From: Flaccisagitta enflata
Lineage: Eukaryota
NCBI GenBank assembly: GCA_965153355.1
Contig: OZ231126.1
Span: 12,400,001-12,464,000, forward strand
DNA: 64,000 nt
Direction: 5' to 3'
The position numbers and the translations under genes are program-made. Below, piece by piece: positions 41,830 to 57,489 of this stretch; positions within the stretch are counted from its first letter, which is position 1, and each line of letters begins with the position of its first letter. A model generated the notes under the pieces. The model was given only the letters and a program-made list of their open reading frames with translations. It ran no database searches and had not been told where the DNA came from.

Positions 41830-42406
41830 TTTGTTGTCCAGCCTTCATCCCAAGTTTTTAAGTACTTCGAATTAAAGATGGTCCCGCCGCTAAGCTGAAG
41901 CCACAACTCCATCCGGAGGGAAAAAAGATTAGGGTTACCGTATTTCTCCAAATTCTTAAGCGACTCCCCCTCAAATAGCCTTGTTAATTGAAATGGTAAA
42001 TGTTCCAGTATGTTCAACCCAGTAATACTTTTCATGCGACCCAGCGTATGCGTATGCGTAAACGACCCAGTAATCAATATGAAATTGCAACTTACATGGT
42101 CATGAGGAAACGCATTGGCTGGTTTTGGCGAGAAGGTCATTCCTAAGCCACGCATGTGTTGGAGGTAGGCTTGAGTGATTGGCCAATTAGAATCCACCAA
42201 TGATGACGTCACTGACCCTGTATGACATATATCAATATTTATCATAAAATGGTCATGCTAATATGCTAAGGTTACCTAAAATGAAACGCGCAATGCAGTA
42301 TGAGTTGTAATAATTTTTCACTAATTCATGAATATTTCTCTAATTCATAGTCAATGAATTTTTTTTCTAAATGACAGTCAATGCATATTTTCCATTGGCT
42401 TCTTAC

Positions 42407-42812
42407 CGGCGTTATTTCCGACTGGGACTGATGATTGAGCGGAAGTTTGGGTGGAGCCTCCTCCTCCTCCTCCACCGCCGCCGACGACGACATCGTCATT
42501 CTCGTCAACCACCACCATCTTGACGTCCTCCCCTTCGCTGGTGGGAGTGGTGGCCGGCGCGGGAGTGGTGGCGGCGCTGGCGGAAGTGGCGATGGTGCTG
42601 CCGGCGCTGCTGGCGTTGGAGGCGGCGCCGGTGATGGCGAGTGTCGGCGTGGCGGTGGTGGCGTTGGCAGCGGTGGTGGCGTTGGTGGCGGAAGAGGAAG
42701 AGGAGGAGGAGGAGGATGTGGCGGTGAGATGCATCCGTTTTTGGCAATCGGAGCAGGACATCAAAAAGCGCGTCACCGCCTCTCGCGGAAGAAACGAAAA
42801 AGTCTCGGCAAT
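42407..42812 (-). CDS. NOL4: NOL4/NOL4L-like protein, next exon
   Basis: ccttcacag|ATT acceptor joins in phase 0 to give IAETFSFLPREAVTRFLMSCSDCQKRMHL (NOL4: ISESYAFLPREAVTRFLMSCSECQKRMHL), then an S/T/A/G-rich tract. Probable donor CCG|gtaaga at 42406; otherwise the frame ends at TGA 42378-42380. Confidence 0.85.
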
Positions 42813-42979
42813 CTGTGAAGGAAAGTGAGAGAGAGAGAGAGAGAGAGAGAGAGTAAACAGACGTCAAGTCAGATAAAAAACAAACAAACAAAAAAAAACA
42901 AAAAAAACAAGACAACAAAGTGGAGGATAGGAGGAAGCATTATGTGGATGATGGGTTATTCACGGTCTTTCCCTCCATG

Positions 42980-43032
42980 ACTTACACAGGTCTGTAGGTC
43001 CTTTTCTGTCCGGCGTGTTTGCCTTCACGGCC
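42980..43032 (-). other. Diverged intronic duplicate of the 3' end and splice donor of the NOL4-like exon
   Basis: GGCCGTGAAGGCAAACACGCCGGACAGAAAAGGACCTACAGACCTGTGTAAGT versus exon GGCCGAGGAGGCAAACACGCCGGACAAAAAAGAACCTACAGAGCTGTAAGT. Confidence 0.85.
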
Positions 43033-43051
43033 ACCACTCCCACTCTCTTTC

Positions 43052-43164
<113 letters not shown>

Positions 43165-43173
43165 GCCACTTAC

Positions 43174-43320
43174 AGCTCTGTAGGTTCTTTTTTGTCCGGC
43201 GTGTTTGCCTCCTCGGCCGTCCATTTCCACGTGAACTCCGTAAATGATGCTGAAAAAGTCTTCGACGATCGCCACCATTTTAAACCCGTTGTTTAAAGAC
43301 GGAAGCATGTCCGGTTGAGC
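43174..43320 (-). CDS. NOL4: NOL4/NOL4L-like protein, internal exon (49 codons)
   Basis: ttcctctcag|GCT...GCT|gtaagt. Encodes AQPDMLPSLNNGFKMVAIVEDFFSIIYGVHVEMDGRGGKHAGQKRTYRA, matching the recalled NOL4 motif VAVVEDFFDIIY.MHVE...KHAGQKRTYKA. Confidence 0.88.
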
Positions 43321-44164
43321 CTGAGAGGAAATGGGTGGAAACGGGGGGGGGGGGGAGGAGAGGGGAAGGAAATTGGTGGAAGTCACTTTTAAACATAAGA
43401 TAAAGCTGATTTCCATTCTAAAAATTGAGACGTTATTGATATGTTGGATATTTGACGATGTATGAAATTCCATTGACTTTGTTAACATATATTTTGATTT
43501 GCGGTTTAAGTGCCATCTAAAGTGAAAAAAAGATAAAAAGGTCAAGTAGGCCAACACTTGCGCTTTGTGGGAAGTTTAACGAATTCGCGACCGGTTTAGC
43601 GAGATTTGGAAGCGTATGAGGAGGCTCTAGTAGAGCCTCTAGTGTAAAACAAACTTAACAAAGGCAGTTTTATTATATTGCACATTACCAAATTGCGAAC
43701 GGGTAGGCAGGGGCGCACAGCCCCCATCCATATCCTCTTTACAAACACTCACACAGACTGACAGAATGTAGTATCTCAAGTGTGCATTTTTCTCACTTTT
43801 CAACACGATCACCGGTGGTGATTCACCATGGGCCCACGGGCCGACGGATGGACCATCGGAGGGACGGACAAAGCCTCCGCGACTAAAAACTCCATAGCTT
43901 TCATAAAAAATCCCGGCGCCACCTCGTCGACAAGCAGCGCTCTCTTGTGCCAATCTGCGACACTCTTTTAATATCTGAGGCGCAAGCGCACAAATGTGAC
44001 AATAGCGAGGAAGAGATCCGAGCTTTTCCTATGGTGTCAGTCTGTGGGGTCTCCATCTCGGTTTCCTGCATGAAATCTTTATCGACTTGTCCCATTATCT
44101 CCCTCCTCAGCCGAAAATTTTGTCACTATGGATTTGAGAATAGAATCTTTCTCGGGAGAGAGCT

Positions 44165-44264
<100 letters not shown>

Positions 44265-44481
44265 GAGGCATGGAAGCATCGAAGGTGGTAGGTATGGTAG
44301 TGGCAGTGGATTCTGGATATTGTTCTGGTAGCTTGAGTGGCTAACGCTACCGAGAATTCTCGGTAGCGTCAACAATGACAACTACGCATTTTGACGCTAC
44401 TGAGAATTCTCTATAGCGTCAATATCTATTCTCTGTTGTAATGATTTGGAAACTAATGATTGACACTACTGAGAATAGTTT

Positions 44482-44665
<184 letters not shown>

Positions 44666-46348
44666 GTTTTCTTGCAAACATATTTATGCATTGAATTTTT
44701 TTTTATCAGTGGAGGGACTTAAGCGGATTGTCTAAACCAACCTGGAAAAAAATGTATCCTTAGGTTTTTTATATAGTTTTATATTGTTTAGCAGTAACTT
44801 GTAAATTTTTTTTTTCTCTTCTTTATTCTCTATCTTTTAAATTTCATTTTCACTCTTTATTCAACTTTTTACTATAGACTTATAATCACTTATTCTTTTT
44901 TTATTCATGTCATATTTCATCTTTTATATCTCCAACTTTCTTTTTTCATTTTTTACTGTTCATTTTTGAATTTTCATTTTTCACCTTTATAATTTGTCAC
45001 TTTTCAAGCCTCACTTTTTATTCTTCACCGTTTTTTAATTTTTAATTTCTATATTTCATTTTTTATCATATACTTTTTATTATTCAATTTTTTTAAAGAA
45101 TTGTTAATCATTGAATTTTTCTAATTAGATAATCATATATTTTGATGATTTTTTTTTTAATTTTCAACATTTTTTTATATCCATCAAGTAAAGAAATTAA
45201 TAAAACTCAGGGTTACAATTTTTTCCTCATGGATTATGTCAAATCCCCCTCTATATTTACAATACATTTATAAGTAGCTATATCAGGTTTAAGATGCATA
45301 TCCATCCATTTGTTTTTTTGTCCATACATCCATCCATCCATCCATCTATCTTTCCATCCCTCTGTCCATCCATCCACCCATCCAACTTATTGCTTCCTCA
45401 ACATGTGTTATTCTGGGTTTCAATTGTACTTGTCTGTAGGAAGAGTTAGCGTGTGTATGAGTGAGTGTGTGAGTGAGAAAGAAAGAAAGAGAGAAAAAAA
45501 GGAAGAAAGAAAAAAGGAAAGTAAGAAAGAAGGAAGGAAAAAAAAAGAGGAAAAAACAATGATAGAAAGAAAGAAAAAGAAAGAAAGAAAAAAAAAGAAA
45601 GGAAAAAAAAGAAAAGAAAGAAAGTAAGAAATTAAAAGGAAGACAGAGAGAGAGAAAGAGAGAGAGAGAGAGACAGAGACAGCTGAGAGAGAATAAAGAA
45701 GTGGGAATTCTCGGTAGTGGTATGAAATCTTTCTACCATTTTGACGCAATAGGAATTCTCTATTGCATCAAAAACACCAATTCTCCGTAGCGTCAATTTT
45801 GCGAATTCTCGATTGCGTCAAACTCCCGGTAGGTTGTTGATAAAATCCGTTGCTGTCGGTTGGAGTGGAAGATGATATTGAGTGGCGGTAGGTTATGGTG
45901 CGCTGCTTTTGATTAAGTTGCGATGTATGTTGTTCGATTGCTTGGTAACATCAATTATGGATGTGGATAAAGCGACATTCGGATTTTGTGGTTTTCATTT
46001 TTAATTTAATCTGGTGGTTGTGATGTTCGTGGCGGTGGTTATGCAAATACAGTGTCAATGGTCTGTGAGGGGTGGGCTAGTCGTAGCTTCAGGGGGTGCT
46101 AAAGAGGTTGCACCATTAAAGGTCGGGGTGATTTTTTATACTTGAGCAAAAAAAACTTCTCGATGAGGCCCTCCCACATTGGATAAGATGTGGAATAATT
46201 GATAGAGACAGAATAATGGAGGAAATAACCAATAAGGAGAAAGAAAGGGAGGGTGAATCGCAGATAGAACAGATGGAGGCTTTCTCTCATTGGATTCAAC
46301 TGTATATTTGTCTTTGTATGTACTGTGTCCAGTGTAAGAGAGAGAGAG

Positions 46349-46661
<313 letters not shown>

Positions 46662-46685
46662 TTCTTTCTTTTTCTCTCTCTCCTC

Positions 46686-46768
<83 letters not shown>

Positions 46769-47176
46769 TAACTCTCTCTCTCTTTCTCTCTCCGTAACGA
46801 TTCCTCGTTGGGATGCGCCCGAGCAAATTAGGCAAGTTTTTATGACATTCTGGAAGAGGAGACAAAAATTTTAATGTTCTTTCCTGATTTTTTTACGCTC
46901 ATCAATCAGACCTCAGACTGAAAATGAAGTTGTAAAATTCTCTCAAGTTGAGTAATTTGTAGGAAACAAATTTCAGTGCAGTTTCTGTCTCTCTCTCTGA
47001 CTCCCTTTTCAATTGTCTTGCTGACTCGTCGTGTGTCCTCTTTCTTCTGTCTCTTTGTGTTTTTGTCTATCTTTCCTCCATCATTTTTTTTTAGTTACGT
47101 GACGACTTTTTTTCACTATCCTGTTCCACATTTGGGATTTTGACTTTTTGCTTCCCAGAAGATTAGAAAAAATAGG

Positions 47177-47267
<91 letters not shown>

Positions 47268-47447
47268 GGAGGGAGAGAGAGAGAGCGAGCGAATAAAACA
47301 GAGATGGGGAAAATAGAGTCTGTAAGAGTAACAGACATAGACAGAGCCTCATACATTATTAAATCCCATCAAGTAGAGATGATCTGACGTCACAACCCTC
47401 TCTTGACACCCAAAATTCCCCATTCCTAATTCCTTCACATTCACTCT

Positions 47448-47542
<95 letters not shown>

Positions 47543-47712
47543 CTAATGGCGAAAACGCCTAATGGCGAAAATATCTTCGTCAGAATTGGCCTGATGTAAA
47601 TATTTTCACTATAAGAAACGATTCAAGGTGAAAGTACACAAAGCCTAGATGTGTGAGCGATGCAGAAAAAAGATAAAAAAAAAGAGGAACAAGAAGGAAT
47701 TAAAAAGAAGAT

Positions 47713-47805
<93 letters not shown>

Positions 47806-48243
47806 TGGATAATAAATAAAAAAAAGATGACAGAGACAAAGAAAGACAAAAAAAGATTAAGAAAGAAAACAGAATAAGGCAAAGATACAAATAGAGATAA
47901 AAACAAAAAAATATGCATGACAGAAATAAATGAGAAAAAAAACTGTTTTTGGTTGAATTTAAGTGTTTTTGTTGCTCGATGAAGTGTTTTTCTTTTTAGA
48001 TTAGTTCTTGAAAAAAAATATTGATGAAAGGGCAATGTAAGTATTGTTAGTAACAATGATTTTATGAATATATAAAAATAACAAGAGTGGATACAAGGCT
48101 ACCCCAGTAGAGGCAGTGATAAAAAAGGTCATTATGGCATTTTTGCTAGAGCAGTGAGTATTTTTTTTTTTTGCCTTCCTTTTTTTTATATTTATTACTT
48201 TTAATCTCTCTTATTGTTCAACCCTTTGTCTCTGTTTTTCAGG

Positions 48244-48357
<114 letters not shown>

Positions 48358-48570
48358 GCTACTTCTACTACTCACTCTAATAAACTATTTCCCTTAGGTG
48401 AAAGAGCCTTTCTCCCAATTTTTTTTTTCTTAGTTGAAGCGCATAGATTTTTGTATCCAGTCATGCTTTTTGTTAAAATTCAGCACAATGGAGAAAAAAA
48501 AATTTTCCTTATCAAGTAAGAAATAAATTTTTTCGAAAATTGACAGGAAAATTTTCGAGGACAGGCGCTT

Positions 48571-48669
<99 letters not shown>

Positions 48670-48739
48670 CTGTGTCGAAGCCTTTACACACATTGATCGT
48701 CACTTTACTCGATGCAGGACGCTCAATCTTCTTTCTTTC

Positions 48740-49298
48740 TTTTTAGTCGCGTGCTACGCGACTCTACACCCCGCTTTGTCCGTCGGTCGGTCGGTCGGTT
48801 GGTCGGTTGGTCACACTTTACTTTTTTATTCGTTTATTCCTACTAACTGATTTTAAGTCAATTAGATCATTTTAAGTCAAACATCAGGAACAATTGCTCG
48901 TAAGTTCCTGAGATGGTTTGTTTTAAGTCAGTTTAAGTCAATTTAAGTCATTTGAGTTATTTTAATAGTTTTCATCATTTTTTTGGTGATTTTAGGTCAA
49001 TTTAAGTCAGTTTAGGTCAGTTAAGTTCAATTTAAGTCATTCTAGGTCAATTTTGAGTCATTTAAAGTCATTTTAAGTCATTTTAAGTCAATTTAAGTCA
49101 TTTTAGTCACTAAGTCATTTTAGTCATTTTAGGTCAATTCAAGTCAATTTAGGTCATTTGAAGTCATTTTAGGTCATTTTAAATCATTTTAAGTCATCTT
49201 ATATCAATTAAATTCAATGAAAGTCATTTTAGTTATGTGGTTATGTAATAAAGTAATTATTTAAGTCTCGCACGCGACTTATAGGTGTTGGCCTTGTT
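48740..49298 (+). mobile_element. HINE-like family A copy with internal 10-11 bp tandem repeats
   Basis: Family A 5' hairpin and microsatellite, internal (ttaagtcatt)n at about 48850-49230, 3' cgcacgcgact...ggccttgtt. Confidence 0.7.
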
Positions 49299-49528
49299 CA
49301 TAAAAAAGGTAAAGAGGAAAAGAAAGGAGGAGCAAGGTAGAAGGAAAAAAATCTTCGCTGTTATCTGTGACACATTCTTATATTGAGTTGACCTCCGTTC
49401 AAGACTTACTTTCTTTTTTCTCTCCAAGCAATTTTATATATCCTTTGCCTATGGCACATTCAATACAAGGAATCTGCACACGGAAGGGAAAGGTTCGCAT
49501 AGATGTTAGATGGATAGAGGGACAGAAA

Positions 49529-49668
<140 letters not shown>

Positions 49669-49958
49669 TCTTTACGATATAGTTGTTAGCATAAATATTA
49701 CATCAATCAGGACCTGCATATATGGCAAAGAAAGGAAAAAAGAGGTTTTTTTCTTCTTTTCTTCTTTTCTTCCTTTTCTTTTCTTCTTCCAAAGAATGAG
49801 AGCATTTATGATGGTTTTGGTTTTTTGCGGCACCATCAACCTCGCTTTTGATCTCATCCCAGGATTCTGATGATGCCATAAAAAGATCCCAGTCTCCTAT
49901 CAATTGCTTTCCTTTTTCTCCATCTACCTCGCATTCTTATGACTTTTCGTGTGTGTGT

Positions 49959-50065
<107 letters not shown>

Positions 50066-52290
50066 TGTGTGTTAATGTGTGTGTGCGTGCGTGTGTGTGT
50101 GTGTGTTTCTGTTACATCTCTGTGTGAATTAAGATGCATGCTTCGTATTGTTTTGTGATTGTATGGTCTCTCTCTCTGTTTTATTTTAGTCTTGAGGGAA
50201 ATATTCTACATTGATAATACCTACCGACACCATGTAAAAAAACTATTCATAAAGATATAATGTATTTTCAAGTTTATCCGTAATATCTATGAGCAGATCG
50301 GTTCTGCGGTACCGCGTACTTTTTCCAAACAAAGAAGATATATTGTTTGTTTGCGCACATTTCTTTTTATTTACTTTATTCTCTTTGCTTTTTCTGTCTC
50401 TCTCTCTTCTTCCCAACTTTTTCTCATTTTCCTCTTTGTCCCATCAGAGGCCGCAATTGCTCGTCATAGAATATCTTTTTCAGAAACTCAGTCGATTAAG
50501 TCAAGGAAAAACGTAAGTTTAAACCTAAAGAAATTCACAGTGCCATCGGCCTGGCTCTTCTTATAATGATTGAAAATGCCCATCATCAAGAAGAAATTTT
50601 CTTCTGTCAGTCACAGAGTTCGAATCTTGGGAGTTTTTCCACTTGCTTTCAGTGATAAACGTGTTTGTTTTTGTTTTATTCTAAACTCACTTGGGGACAA
50701 CAAGACATCAAGATCTTTCAAACAAACTATGCATCATGATATAATAGATTAATTTTAAATGCTTAATCGCTGCCTCCAGTGTAGGCCGTCATTCCATGAA
50801 CCCCACTGTAGAGGGATGCAGTTTGCATAGAACTCTTGCAAATTTGAAGGGATTTAATTATCTTACCAATTTTTTTATGATTGGCTGATTCTAACCTGAG
50901 ATATACATATAAACGTGCCAGAGGATTTTTTTTAGCAAGATAGTACATTCTTGCTTTGAGTATATCAGCATCTGAAACGAAGCATCAACTTTAAAAGAGT
51001 GATGCTCCTAGACAAATTGAGCTACGAACTCCAGGTTGGTTGCATTTCAAAAAAGTTTAACAAATATTCAAAATGAGACCAATCTGGTAATTATAGTTTT
51101 TTTTCAGATGCTGATATGTTTATTAGCAAGATAGTAGATAGATTTCGGCGATTTGTTCCAGTCCCGATTTTTTTTTCTTTTTTTTCTTTATTTTTGTAGC
51201 TGCAGGTGCATCTTCCACAAACTAAAAAAAATCTGTCTAGATGAGATCTACTGTGTATACATTTATTTGGAAATGAACGGTTTCAAAAAGTGACTCAATG
51301 TACAGATGATGTAAAGAGAAACTGAAAATTAGAAAGATACTGGCCAACGAGCAAAAAAACAGACAGAAAGAGAAACAGACATACATACAGACAGATACAC
51401 AATCAAAAAGACAAGCAGCAGACAGAAAGACAGACAGAATATCAAGGAAGTTACAAGGAAAACAAAACGAGATTTATACCTCTGCCGTTATTCTCAAGAA
51501 ATATCCTGAAGATGTCATCATTTTTGGAACATGTCAAAAATTAGATCTAAGATGTCAGAAGTGGAAAGTCAGAAAGGGGACGAGGAAGAGGAGGAGGAAG
51601 AGGAGGATGAAGAGGAGGAGGCAGTGGCGGTGGCAGTGGCGGAAGATGAGAAAGAGGATGAGGAGAGAGAGGTGGTGGTGATGGAATCGGCGTCGAAATC
51701 AGAGTCATTCGATGATTATCCAACGGCACAAATGACTCAAAAGATGGTCTTAAGATTGCACTGTGGGATCAGAGATAGTACGTTATAAGTTTACATAAGC
51801 AAATGCATCAGCAAATACCGCGCCAATAATGATAACAGGGATAAACTTCATTTGATATAATGGTGTCAATGGCTTCATAGCTAACAGAGCCAATTTCATT
51901 AAGTTATTATGCAAAGATGAAAGTGTTTGATATTGAAATGATTGATATACATATAATAGCCACAAGGTGAATTTTCAATTACTTTCCAAACGGTTCAAAC
52001 CAACGTGAGATGGACTTAAGATTAATCTGAAAACCGACGGAGCAAATCTTTGAAAGGAAGAAATCAAGAATCGATGACCGGTGGTCTCGCAGCCGTAAAA
52101 ACAAATAGAAAACCACACAGCTTGCTTCTTTCTCTCTGTCTGTCTCTCTCTCTCTATGCCATCATCGTCGTCGTCTTTATGCAAATTATATTCTCATCCG
52201 TTTCTCTGGATTTTGTCAATGTCGGGATTTTGCGTGCCAAAAGTAGGTTTAAATCTCCGCAATGAGGGATGAGTCTCTATGTCTCTCAGT

Positions 52291-52451
<161 letters not shown>

Positions 52452-52609
52452 TCTCTCTCTCTCTCTCTCTCTCTCTGCAATGAGAGATGAGACAGTCCCC
52501 CATCCTGACTTGTCAACTGATCTGATAATCAGGATATGACACAGAGAGAGACAGAAAAACAGACATAGGAAAAAAATTGGGAACTGAACCAGGTACATGA
52601 AAAGAAAGA

Positions 52610-53340
52610 CAGAAGAAAGGAAGGAAGGTAGGAAGGTAGGAAGGTAAGAAGAGAGTAAGGAAGGAAGGAAGGAAGGAAAGAAGGAAGGAAGGCAGGAAGG
52701 AAGGAAGGAAGGAAGAAAGGAAGGAAGGAAGTTAGGATGGAATGAAGGAGGGAAGGAAGGATGGAAGGTAGGAAGGAAGGAAAGAAGGAGGGAAGGTAAA
52801 AAGGAGGGCAGGAAGAAAGGTTGGAAGTAAGGAAGGAAGGAAGGAAGTAGGAAGCAAGCAAGCAAGCAAGCAAGGAAGTAAAGAAGGAAGATAGGAAGGA
52901 AGGAAGGAAGGAAGGAAAGGGAGGAAGGAAGGAAGGAAGGAAGGAAGGGAAGGGAAGGAAGAAGGAAGGAAGGAAGGAAGGATGGAAGGAAGGAAGAAAA
53001 GAAGGATGGAAGGAAGGAAGAGTGAGAAAGGAAAGGGAGAAGGGAAGCAAGCAAACGTCAAGCAAGAAGGGAGGAAGGAAGGAAGGAAGGAAGAAGGAAG
53101 GAAGGAAGGAAGGAAGGAAGGAAGGAAGGAAGAAAGGAAGAAGGAAGTTGGGGGATGGAATGAAGGAAGGAAGGAAGGAAGGATGGAAGGTAGGAAGGAA
53201 GGAAGGAAGAAAGGAAAGAAAGGAAGGAAGGAAGGTAAAAAGGAAGGCAGGGAAGGAAGGATGGAAGGAAGGAAGGAAAGGAAGGAAGGAAGGAAGGAAG
53301 GGAGGAAGGAAGTTAAGGAGGATGAAAGGTAGGAAAAGAA
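52610..53340. repeat. Degenerate (AAGG)n tract
   Basis: Direct reading. Confidence 0.9.
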
Positions 53341-53349
53341 GAAAAATAA

Positions 53350-53893
53350 AACAGGTCGCCCAAGGGCAATATGTAGTCAGCGATACCCGTTGCCCTGCTT
53401 TGCATGATTGCAAATTTGTGTGAGGGGAAGCAGGGCAGCGGCCCCGGAGGGGGCGAAGTCCTGTAGAACACAGGGGGACTTTCGTTTGTCCTGCCTGAAA
53501 ATGTTGAGATGCTAAAGTCAGCTGATTGAAAGCTTTCAAGAATCTGAAGGCTTTTCAAATTTCAGATTTGAGGCCTGAGAGGCCAGATTTGAGGCCTGAG
53601 AGACCGGATTTGAGAGGCCAGATATAAGGTCTGAGTGGCCTAATATGGGGCCTAAGAGCCTGATTTGAGGCCTGCAGCATGGAGTCTTAGGCCTGAAGGC
53701 AGGAGTTTGAGGCCTAACAGACCAGATTTGAGGCCTGAGAGGCCAGATTTTCAAAGCCTGAGAGCCCAGTTTGAGGCCTGAGAGGCCCAATTTGAGGCAT
53801 GAGAAGGCCTAGATGGGAGGACAGTGACGGACGAACGAAAGTCCCCTTGTGTTCTACAGGACTTCGTCCCCTTCGGGGCCGCTGCCCAAAAAA
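53350..53893 (-). mobile_element. HINE-like family B copy
   Basis: Reverse-complement match to 10507-11204 including both inverted repeats and the 21-bp repeats. Confidence 0.75.
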
Positions 53894-54229
53894 CCCAGGG
53901 AGAGACAGTAAAAAAGACAAAAAGCGGAAGCGAGTATGAATACAGAGCCCTCTATCCTTACTCTAACTTTACCATTATCCTCCCATTATCCCTTCTCTGA
54001 AATTCTCTAAACATTCTCCTCCTCCTTCTCCTTCTCCTCCATCTCCCCTTCCTCCTTGCTCCTTCCTCCTCAATCTTTAATCCCGACTCCTGTGTCCTGA
54101 CATTGTAGGATTACAGTAATTTGGATGGATATCCGTGCCGAAAGGCTTATTTAACATACATTCCCAGATGTCTTTCTCTTGTTCATTTCCCTTTGAACTC
54201 TCATGTCTCTTCTTCTTCCTTTTGCTTCT

Positions 54230-54261
<32 letters not shown>

Positions 54262-54911
54262 TTCTTCTTCTTCTTCTTCTTCTTCTTCTTCTTCTTCTTC
54301 TTTTTCTTCTTCTTCTTCTTTTTCTTCTTCTTCTTCTTCTTCTTCTTCTTTTCTTCTTCCTCTTTGTGTTCTTCTTCTTCTTCCTCTTCTTCTTCTCCTT
54401 CTTCCTTTTTTCTTCTTCCTCTTCTTCTCCTTTTATTTTTTCTTTTTCAATTTCATCTTGATCTTCTTGTTTTTCTACTTTTTCTTCTTGTTTTTTTTCT
54501 TCTTCTTCTTCTTCTTCTTCTTCTTTTTCTTCTTCTTCTTCTTCTTCTTCTTCTTCTTCTTCTTCTTCTTCTTCTTCTTCTTCTTCTTCTTCTTCTTCTT
54601 CTTCTTCTTCTTCTTCTTTATTTTCATCTTCACCTATTCATCCTATAGATGTAATCACCTTTACTCTCTCCTCTTCTTCAACTGTCATCTTTTTTTCTTC
54701 TTATTCTCTAATTTTCTTTGTCCGTCTTTATCCCGCAACATTTCCCTACCTCAATAAGGCTCAAATGATCATTAATATCTTCCGATGAAAAGACAGCAAA
54801 ATAAGTTTAGGCACTTAACATATTTTCTTTCATCTCCAAATTAATAAATTATCTATCTTGCTTCCTGACACAAACTCAAAAAATGTATTAGACATAACGA
54901 CATAAAATGGG

Positions 54912-54982
<71 letters not shown>

Positions 54983-55113
54983 AGAGAATTAGAGAATCAG
55001 TGGCAGACAGCCTAGCCTGGGGCTACTCAGGTGGCGACCATTAATGCGTATTACCTTTTATCTCTTTGTATCATCAAACAGTTTTGACAATATTCAAGAA
55101 GATCCTTTCTTCC

Positions 55114-55392
<279 letters not shown>

Positions 55393-56013
55393 AGTGAAAT
55401 TTGATAAAATTGAAAAGCGCGCGCGGAGAAATTTGTTCTCTTAAAATCCCACCACTCAAAATTGCCTGATTTGGAAGAAATAAGCTGCACTTGATCCAGA
55501 CTGCTTTTACATATTGAGAAACACTTAAGTCATTGAAAAAAAAAAACAGCCAAGGCCAAGTTACACAATCATTACGAGAATTCTTCATTCCACTACGTTA
55601 CTTTGCCCACCGGATTCATTTCAAGGAGCGCCAACGCACCTCTATGCTGTGTTCGTCTGTTGATCAGAAGGGTTGGTCGTTGGCGCAAAAGGTTTGACCA
55701 TCCACACTACGTTGAGTCAGAATATGTTGCTTTTATTTTACCACCATGATCAATAGCTCATTATATAGATCTCCGCGAATTGATTTTAAAGTTCAAATCT
55801 CATTGCAGTGAGAATCCTAAACCCTTAGGCGCAGAGCATGCAAAAAATGAATGAAATCATTTTTTACCTTTTTCAAAATTTTACTTCTCCAATTACATTC
55901 TGTGTCATTCTGCTTAGTTTACCAGATCATTGGAGAATGTGGGAAATACATTTAGACGTGAGATGATTCAGCCAAGCATAACGGTGAAAAAAACTAGAGC
56001 ACTAAGTGACTTA

Positions 56014-57303
56014 AAATAGCAGCCCAAAGGCAGAAAATGGTGAGCGGTTCCCATGCCCTGCTTGAGTACTTAGCATATGATTTAGGTTGAGGGGGAGCAG
56101 GGCAGCGGCCTTGAAGGGGACATAGTCCTGTGGAACACGGGGGGGGAGAGAATCTGTCTGTCTGTCCATCCAAATAGCCCAAATCCAAGCAATATGGCCC
56201 AAATCCAAGCAAAATGGGCCAAATCTAAGCAAAATGGGCCAAATCCAAGCAAAATGGGCCAAATCCAAGTAAAATGGCCCAAGTCTGGTCGGTATTGGTA
56301 GGTATTGGAGGCTACAATATAGGTCTAAAGGGCCAAAATGATGGACCTCAGGCCTGAATTGGGATTTTATGGTTTAGATTTTGGCCATTTTGCTTGGATT
56401 TGGGCCATTGTGTTTTTATTTGGGCCATTTTGTTTTGATTTTGGCTATATTGCTTGGATTTAGGCTATTTGGCAGAATTTAGGTAAGAAGAGGCCCCAAA
56501 GAAGAAGCCCTGAGGATGAGGCGGGGGGGGATGGGCGAATGTACAGATGGACAAACGGACAGATTCCCCCTGTATTCTACAGGACTTTGTCCCCTTTGGG
56601 GCCGCTGCCCAAAAAGAAATAGCAGCCCAAAGGCAGTAAATGGTCAGCGGTACCCTTGCCCTACTTGAGTAGTGTTTGATTTATGTTGAAGGGGAGCAGG
56701 GCAGCGGCCCTGAAGGGGACAAAGTCCTATAAAACACAGGGAAAATCTGCCCATCCATCCATCCGTCTGTCCATCCGTTCTGCCAAAAAGCCCAAAAATG
56801 GCCTAAATCCAAGCATAATGGCTCAAATTCAAGCAAAATCTGGTCAGAACCTAGATATTGGAGGCCACAACATAGATCTAAGGGGCCAATATGATGGACC
56901 TAGTATTGGGGTTTTCTGGCTAGATTTGGGCCTTTTTGCTTGAATTTGGGCAATTATGCTTGGATTTGGGACGTTTTGCTTAGATTTAGGTCATATTGCT
57001 TGGATTTGGGCTATTTAGCAGAATTTGGGTCAGAAATGATGGACCTCGGGCCAGAATTGGGGTTTTCTGGCTAGATTTGGGCCACTTTGCTTGAATTTGG
57101 GCCATTATGCTTGGATTTGGGCTATTTTGCTTAGATTTGGGCCATGTTGCTTGGATTTGGGCTATTTAGCAGAATTTTGGTCAGAATAGGGCTTGAAAAA
57201 ACAATGAAGATAGGGGGGATGGATGTACGGATGTACGTACAGACGGACAGATTCTCCCTGTGTTCTTCAGGACTTTGTCCCCTTCGGGGCCACTGCCTAA
57301 AAA
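56014..57303 (-). mobile_element. Two head-to-tail HINE-like family B variants (56014-56615, 56617-57303)
   Basis: Each starts aatagcagcccaaaggcag and carries the family B inverted repeats, with a different internal ~20-bp repeat (gcttggatttgggccatttt). Confidence 0.65.
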
Positions 57304-57489
57304 CAAACAGAAGGATGTTTCATTTTCCATTTTGGGCGGCTGCCATAGGAACACATCTCTATTTTTGCTAAAATGTGAATATTTCAAACAGAGGATATTT
57401 AGGAACCTTGCTCAGTCCAATTTGTTACAATTTTTCCATAGTAGGTTCTGTAAGGGGCCCCTAAGTTTGCATATTTGGGAATGAGATGA

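Noticed and set aside
43901-44095. Possible first coding exon of the NOL4-like gene
   Set aside because: No NOL4 N-terminal motif and no convincing donor.
51531-51788. Acidic 85-aa ORF
   Set aside because: Mostly (GAG)n low complexity; no splice or homology support.
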